Origin: an uncultured Planctomycetaceae bacterium
GTDB taxonomy: Bacteria > Planctomycetota > Planctomycetia > Planctomycetales > Planctomycetaceae
Length of the DNA stretch: 64,000 nt
NCBI GenBank assembly: GCA_963815195.1
Contig: CAWFGE010000012.1
Coordinates: 160,001 to 224,000 of the forward strand
Direction of reading: 5' to 3'
In this document: positions 30,806-40,502 of the stretch, piece after piece
Layout: every line of letters starts with the position of its first letter
Position numbering within the stretch: the stretch's first letter is position 1
Position numbers and translations under genes: made by a program
The notes under the pieces: generated by a model
Databases searched by the model: none
What the model was told of the DNA's origin: nothing
What the model saw: the letters and a program-made list of their open reading frames with translations, nothing else

Positions 30806-31624
30806 ATGTCACAACAATGGGATGAATTCTCAAAATCACTGGCGGAAGAATCGCTTCCTCGCCGCGAATCCCTCAAGCGTCTCGGCGCGGTCCTCGCCGG
30901 GGCGATCTTCGGTTCTTTGGGGTTGAAGCAGGCTGTCGCGGGACGAAATTCAGACCCCTGCAAGGCCTTCTGTCGGTGTCGCAACAAGTCGCAGCAATCG
31001 CAATGCATCGAGGCCTGCCGGGCCTGCAATAATGACACCAGCCACCTCTATGGCAACTGCGGATACTTCGGCTGTTGCAATGCCACGGTCTGCGAGGACA
31101 ACTATGGCAAGTACTGCACCGACCTCGACCGGGACCCGGACAACTGCGGCAACTGCGGTAACGCCTGCGAACCGCCAGGGCCATACGAATACGTTTTCTG
31201 TGTTTCCGGGGAGTGCCAGTACGTCTGCGAGCAAGGTGCGGTATTCTGCAATGGGAACTGCACCCTCTTGGAAATGGATCCTGACAACTGCGGAGCGTGC
31301 GGCAACGTTTGCGGCGGCTCAACTCCCTATTGCAGCAACGGTGCCTGCACGGAGTGTTCCGCGGGAATGACCCTCTGCGGGAACACATGCACCTATTTGT
31401 ACTATGACAACGACAACTGCGGCGCATGCGGCAATGTTTGCGGCGGATCGACGCCCTACTGCTACCAGGGAGGATGCACGAGCTGTGCCGGGGGAGCCAT
31501 CTGCAATGGGCTTTGCACCGACGTCTACTGGGACTCGGGAAACTGCGGGGGGTGCGGCAATGTCTGCCCACCCAATACTGGCTGCGCTTGGGGCACTTGC
31601 GAAGGGCTTTGCATTGGCTGTTAG
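30806..31624 (+). CDS. Cysteine-rich repeat protein with twin-arginine-like leader
   Basis: PRRESLK + hydrophobic stretch + AVA; 42 Cys; four D..NCG.CGN.C repeats (Stig1-like). Confidence 0.85.
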   Translation: MSQQWDEFSKSLAEESLPRRESLKRLGAVLAGAIFGSLGLKQAVAGRNSDPCKAFCRCRNKSQQSQCIEACRACNNDTSHLYGNCGYFGCCNATVCEDNYGKYCTDLDRDPDNCGNCGNACEPPGPYEYVFCVSGECQYVCEQGAVFCNGNCTLLEMDPDNCGACGNVCGGSTPYCSNGACTECSAGMTLCGNTCTYLYYDNDNCGACGNVCGGSTPYCYQGGCTSCAGGAICNGLCTDVYWDSGNCGGCGNVCPPNTGCAWGTCEGLCIGC

Positions 31625-31859
31625 AGGAATGGCCAATGAATTAGCAAATCGGACTCTTAGGAAGTGTCCTGGTTCAGCCGATTCGCATCTGATGGCGACG
31701 CATGCAACAACCGCGGGTAAAGTTCGCCAAGCGAGTTTCGCCTGGCGAACAAAATGTCCCCGGCGTATTCCGCCTGACCGACCAATTAGAAGATGAAGAG
31801 GGAAAGCCGGTTGGGGCGAGTTCTGGCGAGTCGTGTTGTCCAGTGGCAATGAACAAAGG

Positions 31860-31933
31860 CACCCCGAGTAGGATTCGAACCTACGACCGCGGGATTAGAA
31901 ATCCCGTGCTCTATCCAACTGAGCTATCGGGGC
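31860..31933 (-). tRNA. tRNA-Arg(TCT)
   Basis: GCCCCGATAGCTCAGTTGGATAGAGCACGGGATTTCTAATCCCGCGGTCGTAGGTTCGAATCCTACTCGGGGTG; cloverleaf, anticodon TCT; CCA not fully encoded. Confidence 0.97.
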
Positions 31934-32215
31934 GCGTCTTATTTTCTAGGCTTTGGCGGGTTCCGAGGGTTCTCGTTTTTGGACCACATCCTGGACGACC
32001 CCCGAAACCCTTTGTACCTTGGCAAATGAAAGAACCTCAACTGGCGTTAACAGTTGAGGCCGAGCACCACCGATCTTTAGCCTGGAGGTGATGCCGTGGG
32101 CAATCCTAACAAAACGCCCGCTCAAAGCCAAGACACGGCAAAAGCCCAAGCCCATTGCTCCAGGACACAATCTTGCCCGGAAACCCGTGCCGAAACTTTT
32201 TCTTTGGGTGGTTCC

Positions 32216-34902
32216 ATGTCTGACTTGATTCAGAGCGCTGCTTCTCGAAGTGGGGCCCTTCTCTTGGCGACGGCCTGTTGGTTGTTGGTTCTGGGAAATG
32301 CGGTGGCCGAGGACGCGGATTTGCTCATCGTGGCCGGCCAGTCGAACGCGGTCGGTTACAATGGCGTGCCCGGTGAGTTGCCGCGGGATGAGGCTGACCA
32401 GAGGATACTGTTTTGGTGGCGGTGCGGGGATCCGCCGCCGGACGAGCACGATTCCACCAGCGGCGGGCGTTGGACGGTTTTGCAGGCGCAACCGTTGGGG
32501 AATCCCAAGCGGCCCAAACAGGGCCGGCAGTACGGCAATTTCGCCCAACCCGAAGGCGGCTTTGGACCGGAGATCGGCCTGGCCCGCACGCTTTATGCCC
32601 AGGAGCAAAAACCGCTCGCGGTTGTAAAGGCCGCGTTCAGCGGGACCGGCCTCGAGCGGGATTGGAATCCGGCCGATCCCGGCGAGGGCGGCTCGTGTTA
32701 CCGAGCCCTGGTGGCGGAGGTTCGCTCGGCCATCGCCGCGGCCAAGGCGCAAAAGGGCATCACGCTTCGCCCGCGGGCCTTGGCCTGGGTGCAGGGCGAA
32801 AGCGATGCCAACGCCGACGATGCGAGGCGGTATGCTCAAAACCTGGGAAACATGCTCAGCGCCTTGCGCCGGGATTTAGAGGCCCCGGAACTCCTGGCGC
32901 TCCTCGCCGTCAACACGCGGTTCGGCGGAGGCGGCAACGCCTTCATGCCGATGATCGTCGCGCAGCAAGAACGGCTGGCCGCGAGCGATCCGCGCTCTGA
33001 ATATGTCGATACATCCTCAGCCACCATTGCGAATGCCGCTCACTTCGACACCAAGGGCACGCTGGAAGTCGGCCGGCTGTTTGCGGTGTCGCTGAAACAT
33101 CTCGAAGCCAAACTCCAGCCCGCGCGCGGCATTTTACGATCGTCACGTTGGGGGATTCGATCACCAAAGGCGTTCGCAACGGCGTGACGGCGGAACAGAC
33201 TTTTGCGTCCCTCTTGGAAAGCCGGTTGAAGCAGAAAGGGATGTCCGTCCGCGTGATCAACGTAGGCATCGGCGGCGAGCGGACCGATCAGGCTTTGAAA
33301 CGGTTGGACCAAATCATCGACATCCAACCGGACCTCGTTACGGTGATGTACGGCACCAACGACAGCTATGTCGATCCGGGCAAGACCGCCAGCCGCATTA
33401 CGGTCGAGGCGTATCGCGAGAACCTCGCGAAGATCGTCGCCGAACTGCTTCGGCGGGGAATCCGGCCGGTGTTGATGACCGAGCCCCGCTGGGCCGACGA
33501 TGCCCGGCCGAACGGGTTGGGCGAAAACCCCAATGGGCGTTTGGAACCTTATCTCAAAGCGTGCCGCGAAACGGCCGAGACGTGGCGGGTGCCGCTGGTC
33601 GATCTCTATGCGATATGGACGGACTCCCGCAAGAACGGCGTCAACCTCCGCGAGTGGACCACCGACGGCTGTCATCCCAACCCCGCCGGGCATCGCGAAG
33701 TCGCGGCGGCCCTGTTGCCGATGGTTGAGCGGTTGACGGGACCGGAACTCACGACCCGGGGCAAACTGTTGGCGGGCGAAGCGGTCCGCATCGTCTGTTT
33801 TGGGGACAGCGTGACCGGAGTTTATTATCACACGGGCAGCCGGCGGGCTTATACTGATCTGTTGGGAATCGCCCTTCGCCGCGTGACCCCGACCGCGAAG
33901 GTGGAGACGATCAATGCGGGCATCAGCGGGCATACGACGGGGAATGCCTTGGCCCGCATCGACCGCGATGTGCTCAGCCATCATCCCGATCTGGTCACGG
34001 TCATGTTCGGCCTCAACGATATGACGCGCGTGCCGTTGGAGGAATACAAAGCCAATCTGAAAAAGATTGTCGCCCAATGCCGGGCCGCCGGGAGCGAAGT
34101 CATCCTGGCGACGCCCAACAATGTGATCAGCACAAGCGGCCGGCCCACGGAGAAGCTCATCGCCTACTGCGATGCGGTGCGGGAGGTCGGTCGGGAATTG
34201 AACGTGCCGGTCTCTGATTGCTACCGCGAACTCGATGCGGTGCGGGCCGAGGAGCCCTTTGCCTGGCGGTTGATGATGAGCGATGCGATCCATCCCAACA
34301 TGGCGGGCCACAAACGGGTGGCCACCCAACTCGCTCAGACCATCACAGGACTGCGGATCTCCCTCGATGATGTGCCGCCGCCCGAACCGGCCCTCGCGAA
34401 AACACAAGCCGTGTTGCGGAACGACCAGCCCCTGCATGTCCTGGCGATGCCGCCTTTCGACAAGCTGATCGAACCCGCTCTCCGCGAGCATTTTCCCGAG
34501 GCCAAACTCAAAGTCGAAGCATGGCCGGTGGCGGGGTTGTCCCTCGCGCAGATCGAGCAGGATGCCAAGGCCCGCGTTCGCCAAACGAAACCCGATCTGG
34601 TGTTGATCGCCGTTCCCCGCTCCGCAAAGGCGGACACGGACGAAGCCTTCATCAATTCCTACGGCTGGATTCTGAACTGGTCGCTGAACTTCGGCCCGCC
34701 GACCTGGGATTGCCTCGTGGTGCATCCCTCCGTCACGGAACCCAACGCGAAATCCGGCAACAACGACGATCTTATCCGCCGGCTGGCGCGTGCCCAGGAT
34801 TTGCATTGGATCGACCGACCGCCGGGAAGCAAAGCCGAGGGATCCACTTTGCTCCGCGAGTGGCTCAGGCAACAATTAAAGCCGGCGGGCGGAGGGCGGT
34901 AG
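32216..34902 (+). CDS. Secreted multi-SGNH esterase: sialate O-acetylesterase domain + two GDSL domains (frameshift near 33125)
   Basis: AGQSNA, QGESD, AAHF; then LGDSIT/GTND/DGCHP and FGDSVT/GLND/DAIHP. Confidence 0.8.
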
Positions 34903-34955
34903 GTAAAAGGCTAATAACATCAGTAACATTCGTTCGCTTGGATCCGGGAGGTAAG

Positions 34956-35261
34956 ATGCTGGGTTTGATTATCGGCGCGGGGATTTTGGGGCTGATCGTG
35001 GCCGTGATGGAAGAAGGAGAGTTTCCGGGCTGGTTCCCCATGATCGGGTGCGTGCTCGCCGCTGCGATACCGGCGGCGATCGTGAACTCGTTCCTTCCGC
35101 CCTCGTTGTTTATCGTCGGGTTAGCTGTGGGGGCGCTTTGTGCGGGCTGCGCCATCTCGGCCTTGTGCGGCATGACGGTGAAACGCGCCAGCATCGCCGC
35201 CGGCATTTATCTGGCCATCCAAGGCGGAATCGAGTTCGCACTCTTTGCCACGATGAGCTAG
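34956..35261 (+). CDS. Small integral membrane protein
   Basis: GGAGG RBS; about four hydrophobic segments. Confidence 0.65.
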   Translation: MLGLIIGAGILGLIVAVMEEGEFPGWFPMIGCVLAAAIPAAIVNSFLPPSLFIVGLAVGALCAGCAISALCGMTVKRASIAAGIYLAIQGGIEFALFATMS

Positions 35262-35409
35262 ACACTCCAGCGATTGGGGCTTTTTTGTTCGAACGGGCAA
35301 CGGCCACAAAGTGTGGCAGATGGAAAAATCGCGAATTCCCCTGAAGCGAAGGCACGCGGCGAACCGATGAATTGTGTTTGAGCGGTGTGCACATCGCGTG
35401 GGGGAATGT

Positions 35410-35694
35410 ATGGAAACACAAAAGCCCGGTCCCGAACGGCTCCGAAAACCCGACGCCCGCCGGTTGCTGAAGCTCCCGGTGACGGTCGCGGTGCATCTCG
35501 CCGAACGCAAAATCAATTTGAGCCAGCTCTTGACGATGGCCCCGGGAACGCTGCTCACGTTCGACAAATCCTGCGAAGATTTGCTCGATCTTTACGTCAA
35601 CAACCGCTACTACGCCCGCGGCGAAGCCGTCAAGATCGGCGAGAAGTTCGGCCTCAAGATCAACGAAATCGGCGACCTCTCCGCCGAGGAATAG
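35410..35694 (+). CDS. FliM/FliN C-terminal (SpoA) domain protein
   Basis: LPVTVAV.LAE..I.L..LL...PG, LDLYVNN...A.GEAVKIGEKFGLKI. Confidence 0.8.
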   Translation: METQKPGPERLRKPDARRLLKLPVTVAVHLAERKINLSQLLTMAPGTLLTFDKSCEDLLDLYVNNRYYARGEAVKIGEKFGLKINEIGDLSAEE

Positions 35695-35798
35695 CGGCCC
35701 GGACAGCCTAGCCGGCGCCGGACGGGGTTGCGTATGATGTTAGAAACGTCTTCACCCTCACATCACCCCGTCCTCGACTTCCCCGCCGGGCCGCGTCC

Positions 35799-36398
35799 AT
35801 GATCTTCGTCCTCGACAATTACGATTCCTTCACCTACAACCTCGTGCAGCGGTTGGGCGAAATCGACGACCGGCTCGAAATCCGCGTGGCCCGGAACGAT
35901 CAGATCACGATCGGCGAAATCGAAGACCTCGCCCCGGAGCGGATTCTGATTTCCCCCGGTCCCGGCACGCCGAGCGAAGCGGGTCTGTCCAAAGAGGTGA
36001 TAAAACACTTCGGGCCGAAGGTGCCGGTGCTGGGCGTGTGCCTGGGGCATCAGAGCATCGCCGAGGTGTATGCCGGCCGGGTGATCCGGGCCGACCGTTT
36101 GATGCACGGCAAGGTCTCGCCGATCTATCACGACGCCCAGGGGGTCTTTGCCGGACTGCGGTCCCCCTTCATCGCCACGCGGTATCACAGCCTGATCGTC
36201 CCGGAAGACAGCCTAAGCGAAGAACTCGAAATCTGCGCCTGGACCGACGATCCCGGCCGGCCCCGCGAAATCATGGGCTTCCGCCACCGGAAGCACCCGG
36301 TGCACGGCGTGCAGTTTCATCCCGAAAGTTTTCTGACCGAAGAAGGCATCGGCCTTTTGAAAAACTTTCTGGACCTCCCCGCCCCCGCCCCGGTTTAG
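35799..36398 (+). CDS. pabA: Anthranilate/aminodeoxychorismate synthase component II
   Basis: DNYDSFTYNL, ISPGPG, GVCLGHQ, RYHSL, GVQFHPES (could equally be trpG). Confidence 0.9.
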   Translation: MIFVLDNYDSFTYNLVQRLGEIDDRLEIRVARNDQITIGEIEDLAPERILISPGPGTPSEAGLSKEVIKHFGPKVPVLGVCLGHQSIAEVYAGRVIRADRLMHGKVSPIYHDAQGVFAGLRSPFIATRYHSLIVPEDSLSEELEICAWTDDPGRPREIMGFRHRKHPVHGVQFHPESFLTEEGIGLLKNFLDLPAPAPV

Positions 36399-37123
36399 AA
36401 ATCCGATTCCTCGCGCTGGGGCTCGCCGACGATTTTTGCGGAGGTGATGTAATCCAGCTTGGGAAACGCCGCTTCGAGATACGCGTTGCCTTGGAGTTCG
36501 ATCTGTTGTTGCTTCGGGTCCTCTCCGTATTCGGGATTGATCTTTCGCACGTTCTCCATGCCTTCGACCACTTCGCCGAACGGCGAAAAACCCTGTGCGT
36601 CCAGGCGGCCGTTGTTGCCCAGGTTGATGAAAATTTGCGTGGTGCGAGTGTTGGGGCCGGAGATGGCGAACGTGACCGTCCCAAGGGTGTTGGAGTGCCC
36701 GGGGGGATCGTCCGCGATCGGCTGTTTCCACTGCGCGTGCTCGGCGGGATCGCCGTTGATCCCGAACTGCACGACGAAGCCCGGCACGACGCGGAAGAAG
36801 CGGCAGCCGTCATAAAATCCCGACTCCACCACCTCACGAAACTGCGTGGCCCCCCGCGGCGCCCATTCGGGATGCACCGCGACCACAAACGGCCCGGCCG
36901 TCGTTTCAAAGCGGACGCGAAAGTCGTCGCCCGGCCCCAACAGATCGGGCTGCTCCCTCAAGTTCGACTCGGCCTGCGGCTTGGCCTGGGATTGTTCGCC
37001 CGTGTCCCGCATCAGCACCGCCCCGATCAGCCCCACAAAAAACAGGCCGACAATCCCCGCAACGGCATACACCACCAGCGGGATCGTGCCCGCTTCCACT
37101 TCCGGCAATTCGTTCTGGGACAT
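36395..37123 (-). CDS. Cyclophilin-type peptidyl-prolyl isomerase with N-terminal TM
   Basis: WAPRG, FFRVVPGFVVQFGI, RTTQIFINL, FSPFGEVVEGM. Confidence 0.9.
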   Translation of the reverse strand: MSQNELPEVEAGTIPLVVYAVAGIVGLFFVGLIGAVLMRDTGEQSQAKPQAESNLREQPDLLGPGDDFRVRFETTAGPFVVAVHPEWAPRGATQFREVVESGFYDGCRFFRVVPGFVVQFGINGDPAEHAQWKQPIADDPPGHSNTLGTVTFAISGPNTRTTQIFINLGNNGRLDAQGFSPFGEVVEGMENVRKINPEYGEDPKQQQIELQGNAYLEAAFPKLDYITSAKIVGEPQREESDF

Positions 37124-37296
37124 TTTGTTTTCACTCGTCGCAATGGTCAATGGGGAGGAGGATCGAGAATCGAGGTTGGAGGTTAGCGACCGGCGAAAAT
37201 CGCCGAGCTCCATCTTCTATCCTCTCTGGAAACTGCTCCGACGACAACCGTTCGAGAAATCTGAAACCTGGCCCGAAACCTCGGCGCGGCCGAACA

Positions 37297-38091
37297 CTAC
37301 AGCGGGATCCGCAGGCCGTCGTAGGCGAGCTCAACGTGCGGCGGCAGTTTGGCGTTCGTTTCCTCGTATTCGAGCGAGCACGACAAGTGCGTGAAGTAGG
37401 CTCGGCGGGGTTTCAGGCGGCGGACGACCTCCAGGCTCTCGCCCAGGCTGAAATGCGTGGGGTGCGGCTTCTCGCGGAGCGCATCCAGAATCAACACGTC
37501 CAAGCCTTCCAACAGCGGCCAACTGGAATCCGGGATGAAACTGACATCCGTGCAAAACGCGACATCGTTGATGCGAAACCCGAGCACCGGCAGCTTGCCG
37601 TGCATCAAACGGATCGGCCGCACGGTGAGGCCCAACAACCGAAACGGCTCCTCGTCGATCCGCTCGAACCGCAACCGCGGCAGCGCGTATTTGTGCGTGT
37701 TGAGCGATTCCTCATCTTCAAAGGCATAATAAAACGACCGCCGGATCGCCTTTTCGACCGGTTCCTCGCAATACAGCGGAATCGGCCGGTCCAGCCGATG
37801 CCCGCAGATTCGCAAGTCGTCCAGCCCGAAAATGTGGTCGGCGTGGTTGTGGGTGAAGACCGCTGCCTCTACGACGGGGATGTGCTCGCGGACCAGTTGC
37901 AGCCGCAGTTCCGGCCCGGTGTCGATCACAAAGTTCCCCTCCGGAGCCTTGACGACCACGCCGGTCCGCATGCGGTGGTTTTTGGGGTTCGTGGACCGGC
38001 AGGTTTCACAATCACAGCCGATGACCGGCACGCCCACGCTGGTCGCGCAGCCGGTGATGATGAGTTCGCTCGCAGAGTTTTCAGAGTTCAT
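37297..38091 (-). CDS. MBL-fold metallo-hydrolase (PhnP-like)
   Basis: G.ATSVGVPVIGC.C..C, THNHADHIFGLDD, HPTH, THLS, AYDG. Confidence 0.9.
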   Translation of the reverse strand: MNSENSASELIITGCATSVGVPVIGCDCETCRSTNPKNHRMRTGVVVKAPEGNFVIDTGPELRLQLVREHIPVVEAAVFTHNHADHIFGLDDLRICGHRLDRPIPLYCEEPVEKAIRRSFYYAFEDEESLNTHKYALPRLRFERIDEEPFRLLGLTVRPIRLMHGKLPVLGFRINDVAFCTDVSFIPDSSWPLLEGLDVLILDALREKPHPTHFSLGESLEVVRRLKPRRAYFTHLSCSLEYEETNAKLPPHVELAYDGLRIPL

Positions 38092-38448
38092 GGAAGAAGA
38101 ATAACGAATGCCGGGGCGGATGAGGAGAAGCGCCTCTTCTCATAACCATAGCATCCCCGCAAACGCGGGCAACCCAGGCCGGACGGATCTTTCGCCCTCT
38201 TTTCGAGTGGCTTGGGTGGCACATCCCTGAGCGCAGCGAAGGGCGTGATCAATGCCACCCACCGCTTGACTCCTAACTTTTGACCCGGCACGCTTTTTGC
38301 GCAAAACGTGCCCAAGCCTTTGGCATGCGGACGGCGTTTTCTGGAGCGACCGCTTCGGGAAAAATGCATATCTTCTTTCCCAGAAACGATTTGAGAAAGC
38401 CGGCTCGCGAAGGACCGGCCGGCGGCACAGCGTTTGCCTAACGGGGGA

Positions 38449-38644
38449 ATCGAAACCTGCCTGACGGGGTTTTTGAGGTCTTCTCCTCCAACACCGCCGT
38501 CAACAGCCTCACGAATCACCCTGTCCATTGGGGGATCGGCCGGGAGTGTAGCCGGATCGGACCTTGTGTGGGTTCATCTCCGGGCGAGCGCCTATGCTTC
38601 CGGTCGTCTCCCAACCCTTCTTTTGCTCCTTCGATGCCTCAAAA
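38449..38644 (+). ncRNA. Candidate structured sRNA
   Basis: 23-bp stem with five G-U pairs (38528-38614) inside TTTTGAGG/CCTCAAAA closing stem; sigma54-like GG-N10-GC at 38424-38437. Confidence 0.35.
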
Positions 38645-38800
38645 GGGGGATCGGGCACAATGCGCTAACGTCAGAGAACTCGACCTAGATCCGGTTTAGT
38701 TTTCACAGGTGGGCAACGCGACGCCAACGCGTGCCGAATAACCACTCTTCATTAGCCGAAGGGGGCACCGCCCGCAGGGTGGCCCGCCCCGGTTCACGAA

Positions 38801-38912
38801 AGGGTGGCACTGGCAGCTTGCTGCCAGTGTTTTCCAATCCCAAATCGACATCTGAAAAATCGTCCGTCAGCCAACTCCTCGAAGGCACTGGCAACAAGTT
38901 GCCAGTGGCACC
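38801..38912. repeat. REP doublet family C, copy 2
   Basis: GGGTGGCACTGGCAGCTTGCTGCCAGTG...CACTGGCAACAAGTTGCCAGTGGCACCC. Confidence 0.8.
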
Positions 38913-38985
38913 CGCGCTAGCCCCGGTTCTTGGAGACGCCGTCGTCTGGTTTCGGCGGGTGGAAGCCGCCGCTACGACTCCGCAC

Positions 38986-40248
38986 TTACCGCTGGCCTTG
39001 CGGGACGAAGGTGCGTTCGTTTTCGCCGGTGTAGATTTGGCGGGGCCGCATGATCCGGCCTTTGGGATCGTCGCGGAGTTCCTTCCAGTGGGCCAGCCAA
39101 CCGGGGAGCCGGCCGAGCGCGAACATCACCGTGAACATGTTCGTGGGGATGCCCATCGCGCGGTACAGAATCCCGCTGTAAAAATCCACGTTGGGATAGA
39201 GTTTGCGTTCGACGAAATACTCGTCGTTGAGCGCGACTTCCTCCAGATGCCGGGCGATTTCCAGAAGCGGATCGTCCACACCCATCTCTTGGAGCAAGAC
39301 GCCGGCCTGTTTTCGCAAGATCGTGGCGCGGGGGTCGAAGTTTTTGTAAACGCGATGCCCGAAGCCCATCAGCCGGAAGTCGGAGTTCTTGTCCTTCGCC
39401 ATGTTGACGTATTTCTTATAGTCGCCCCCGTCCCTGCGGATCATCTCCAGCATTTCGAGCACGGCCTGGTTCGCCCCGCCGTGCAGCGGCCCCGACAACG
39501 CGCAAATCCCCGCCGAGATCGACGCGAACAAGTCCGCCTGGCTGCTGCCCACGCCGCGGACCGTGGAGGTGCTGCAGTTCTGCTCGTGGTCGGCATGCAG
39601 AATTAAGAGGGCATTCAGGGCCTCCACCATCAACGGGGGGACTTCATAATCCTCCGCCGGCACCGCGAACATCATGTGCAGAAAGTTCGCGCAGTAGGAC
39701 AACTCGTTCTTCGGATACATAAACGGCTGCCCGATGGATTTTTTGTAGGCATAAGCCGCGATGGTTTTGACCTTCGCCAAGAGCCTTATCATGTTGTGCT
39801 CGTCGTCCACGTCGGGATAATAGCTCGACAGCGAAGCGACCATCGACGAGAGAATCGCCATCGGGTGCGCGCCGGGCGGATAGCCCTCGAAGAATTTCTT
39901 CATGTCTTCGTGGATCATGCTGTGATAGGTGAGCTTCTTGCGGAAGTCGGCCAGTTCGTTCGCGTCGGGCAGCTTGCCGTAAAGCAACAGGTAGCTGACT
40001 TCAACGAACGTGGCGTTCTCGGCCAGTTGGTCGATGGGATAGCCGCGGTACAGCAGAATGCCGTTCTCGCCGTCGATATAGGTGATGGAGCTTTGGCAGG
40101 AGCCGGTGTTGCCGAAGCCGGGATCGAGGGTGACCACGCCGGTTTTGGCGCGGAGGGATGTGATGTCGATGCCTCGCTCGCCTTCCGAACCTTCCACGAG
40201 GGGAAATTCGTATTCCTGTCCGTCCAGGAGGAGTTTCGCGGTGCTCAT
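38986..40248 (-). CDS. gltA: Citrate synthase
   Basis: LDPGF.NT.SC.S.IT.IDG, HADHEQNCST, GPLHGGAN, GFGHRVYKNFDPRA, YPNVDFYSG. Confidence 0.96.
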   Translation of the reverse strand: MSTAKLLLDGQEYEFPLVEGSEGERGIDITSLRAKTGVVTLDPGFGNTGSCQSSITYIDGENGILLYRGYPIDQLAENATFVEVSYLLLYGKLPDANELADFRKKLTYHSMIHEDMKKFFEGYPPGAHPMAILSSMVASLSSYYPDVDDEHNMIRLLAKVKTIAAYAYKKSIGQPFMYPKNELSYCANFLHMMFAVPAEDYEVPPLMVEALNALLILHADHEQNCSTSTVRGVGSSQADLFASISAGICALSGPLHGGANQAVLEMLEMIRRDGGDYKKYVNMAKDKNSDFRLMGFGHRVYKNFDPRATILRKQAGVLLQEMGVDDPLLEIARHLEEVALNDEYFVERKLYPNVDFYSGILYRAMGIPTNMFTVMFALGRLPGWLAHWKELRDDPKGRIMRPRQIYTGENERTFVPQGQR

Positions 40249-40502
40249 GGGCTGTCCTTTTCGCTGGAAAATGCTTCGGTGGGGTCGATCAACAATACCT
40301 CGAAGGGGAGGCGCATCCCGCATCACGACTTTATTGTGATCGCTTCAAAAAAATTCGCCAGTCCGAAACCGGGAGAATCTGGTTTTACGGCGAAGACCGC
40401 CGGGGCAAACCGGTTTTCATGCCAAGAGAAGACGCCGAGGGTGCAAACCGTAGCGGCCGCTTCCAGCCGCCGAGATCCATCTTCGTCAGCAAGATGCCCC
40501 CG

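Noticed and set aside
30806..31624. Ranthipeptide/ferredoxin call for the Cys-rich protein
   Set aside because: No radical SAM gene nearby; spacing fits disulfide repeats and an export leader is present
31624..32100. Integrative element at tRNA-Arg
   Set aside because: No integrase and no duplicate of the tRNA end found by eye
33040..34875. Long antisense ORFs (also 14375-15895, 40419-41750, 38731-39606)
   Set aside because: Shadow frames of high-GC genes with no recognisable motifs
35410..35694. Type III secretion or flagellar cluster
   Set aside because: Lone FliN-like gene, no neighbouring components
38434..38700. CsrB-like RNA on the minus strand (several GGA)
   Set aside because: GGA not in regular hairpin loops; G-U pairing favours the plus strand
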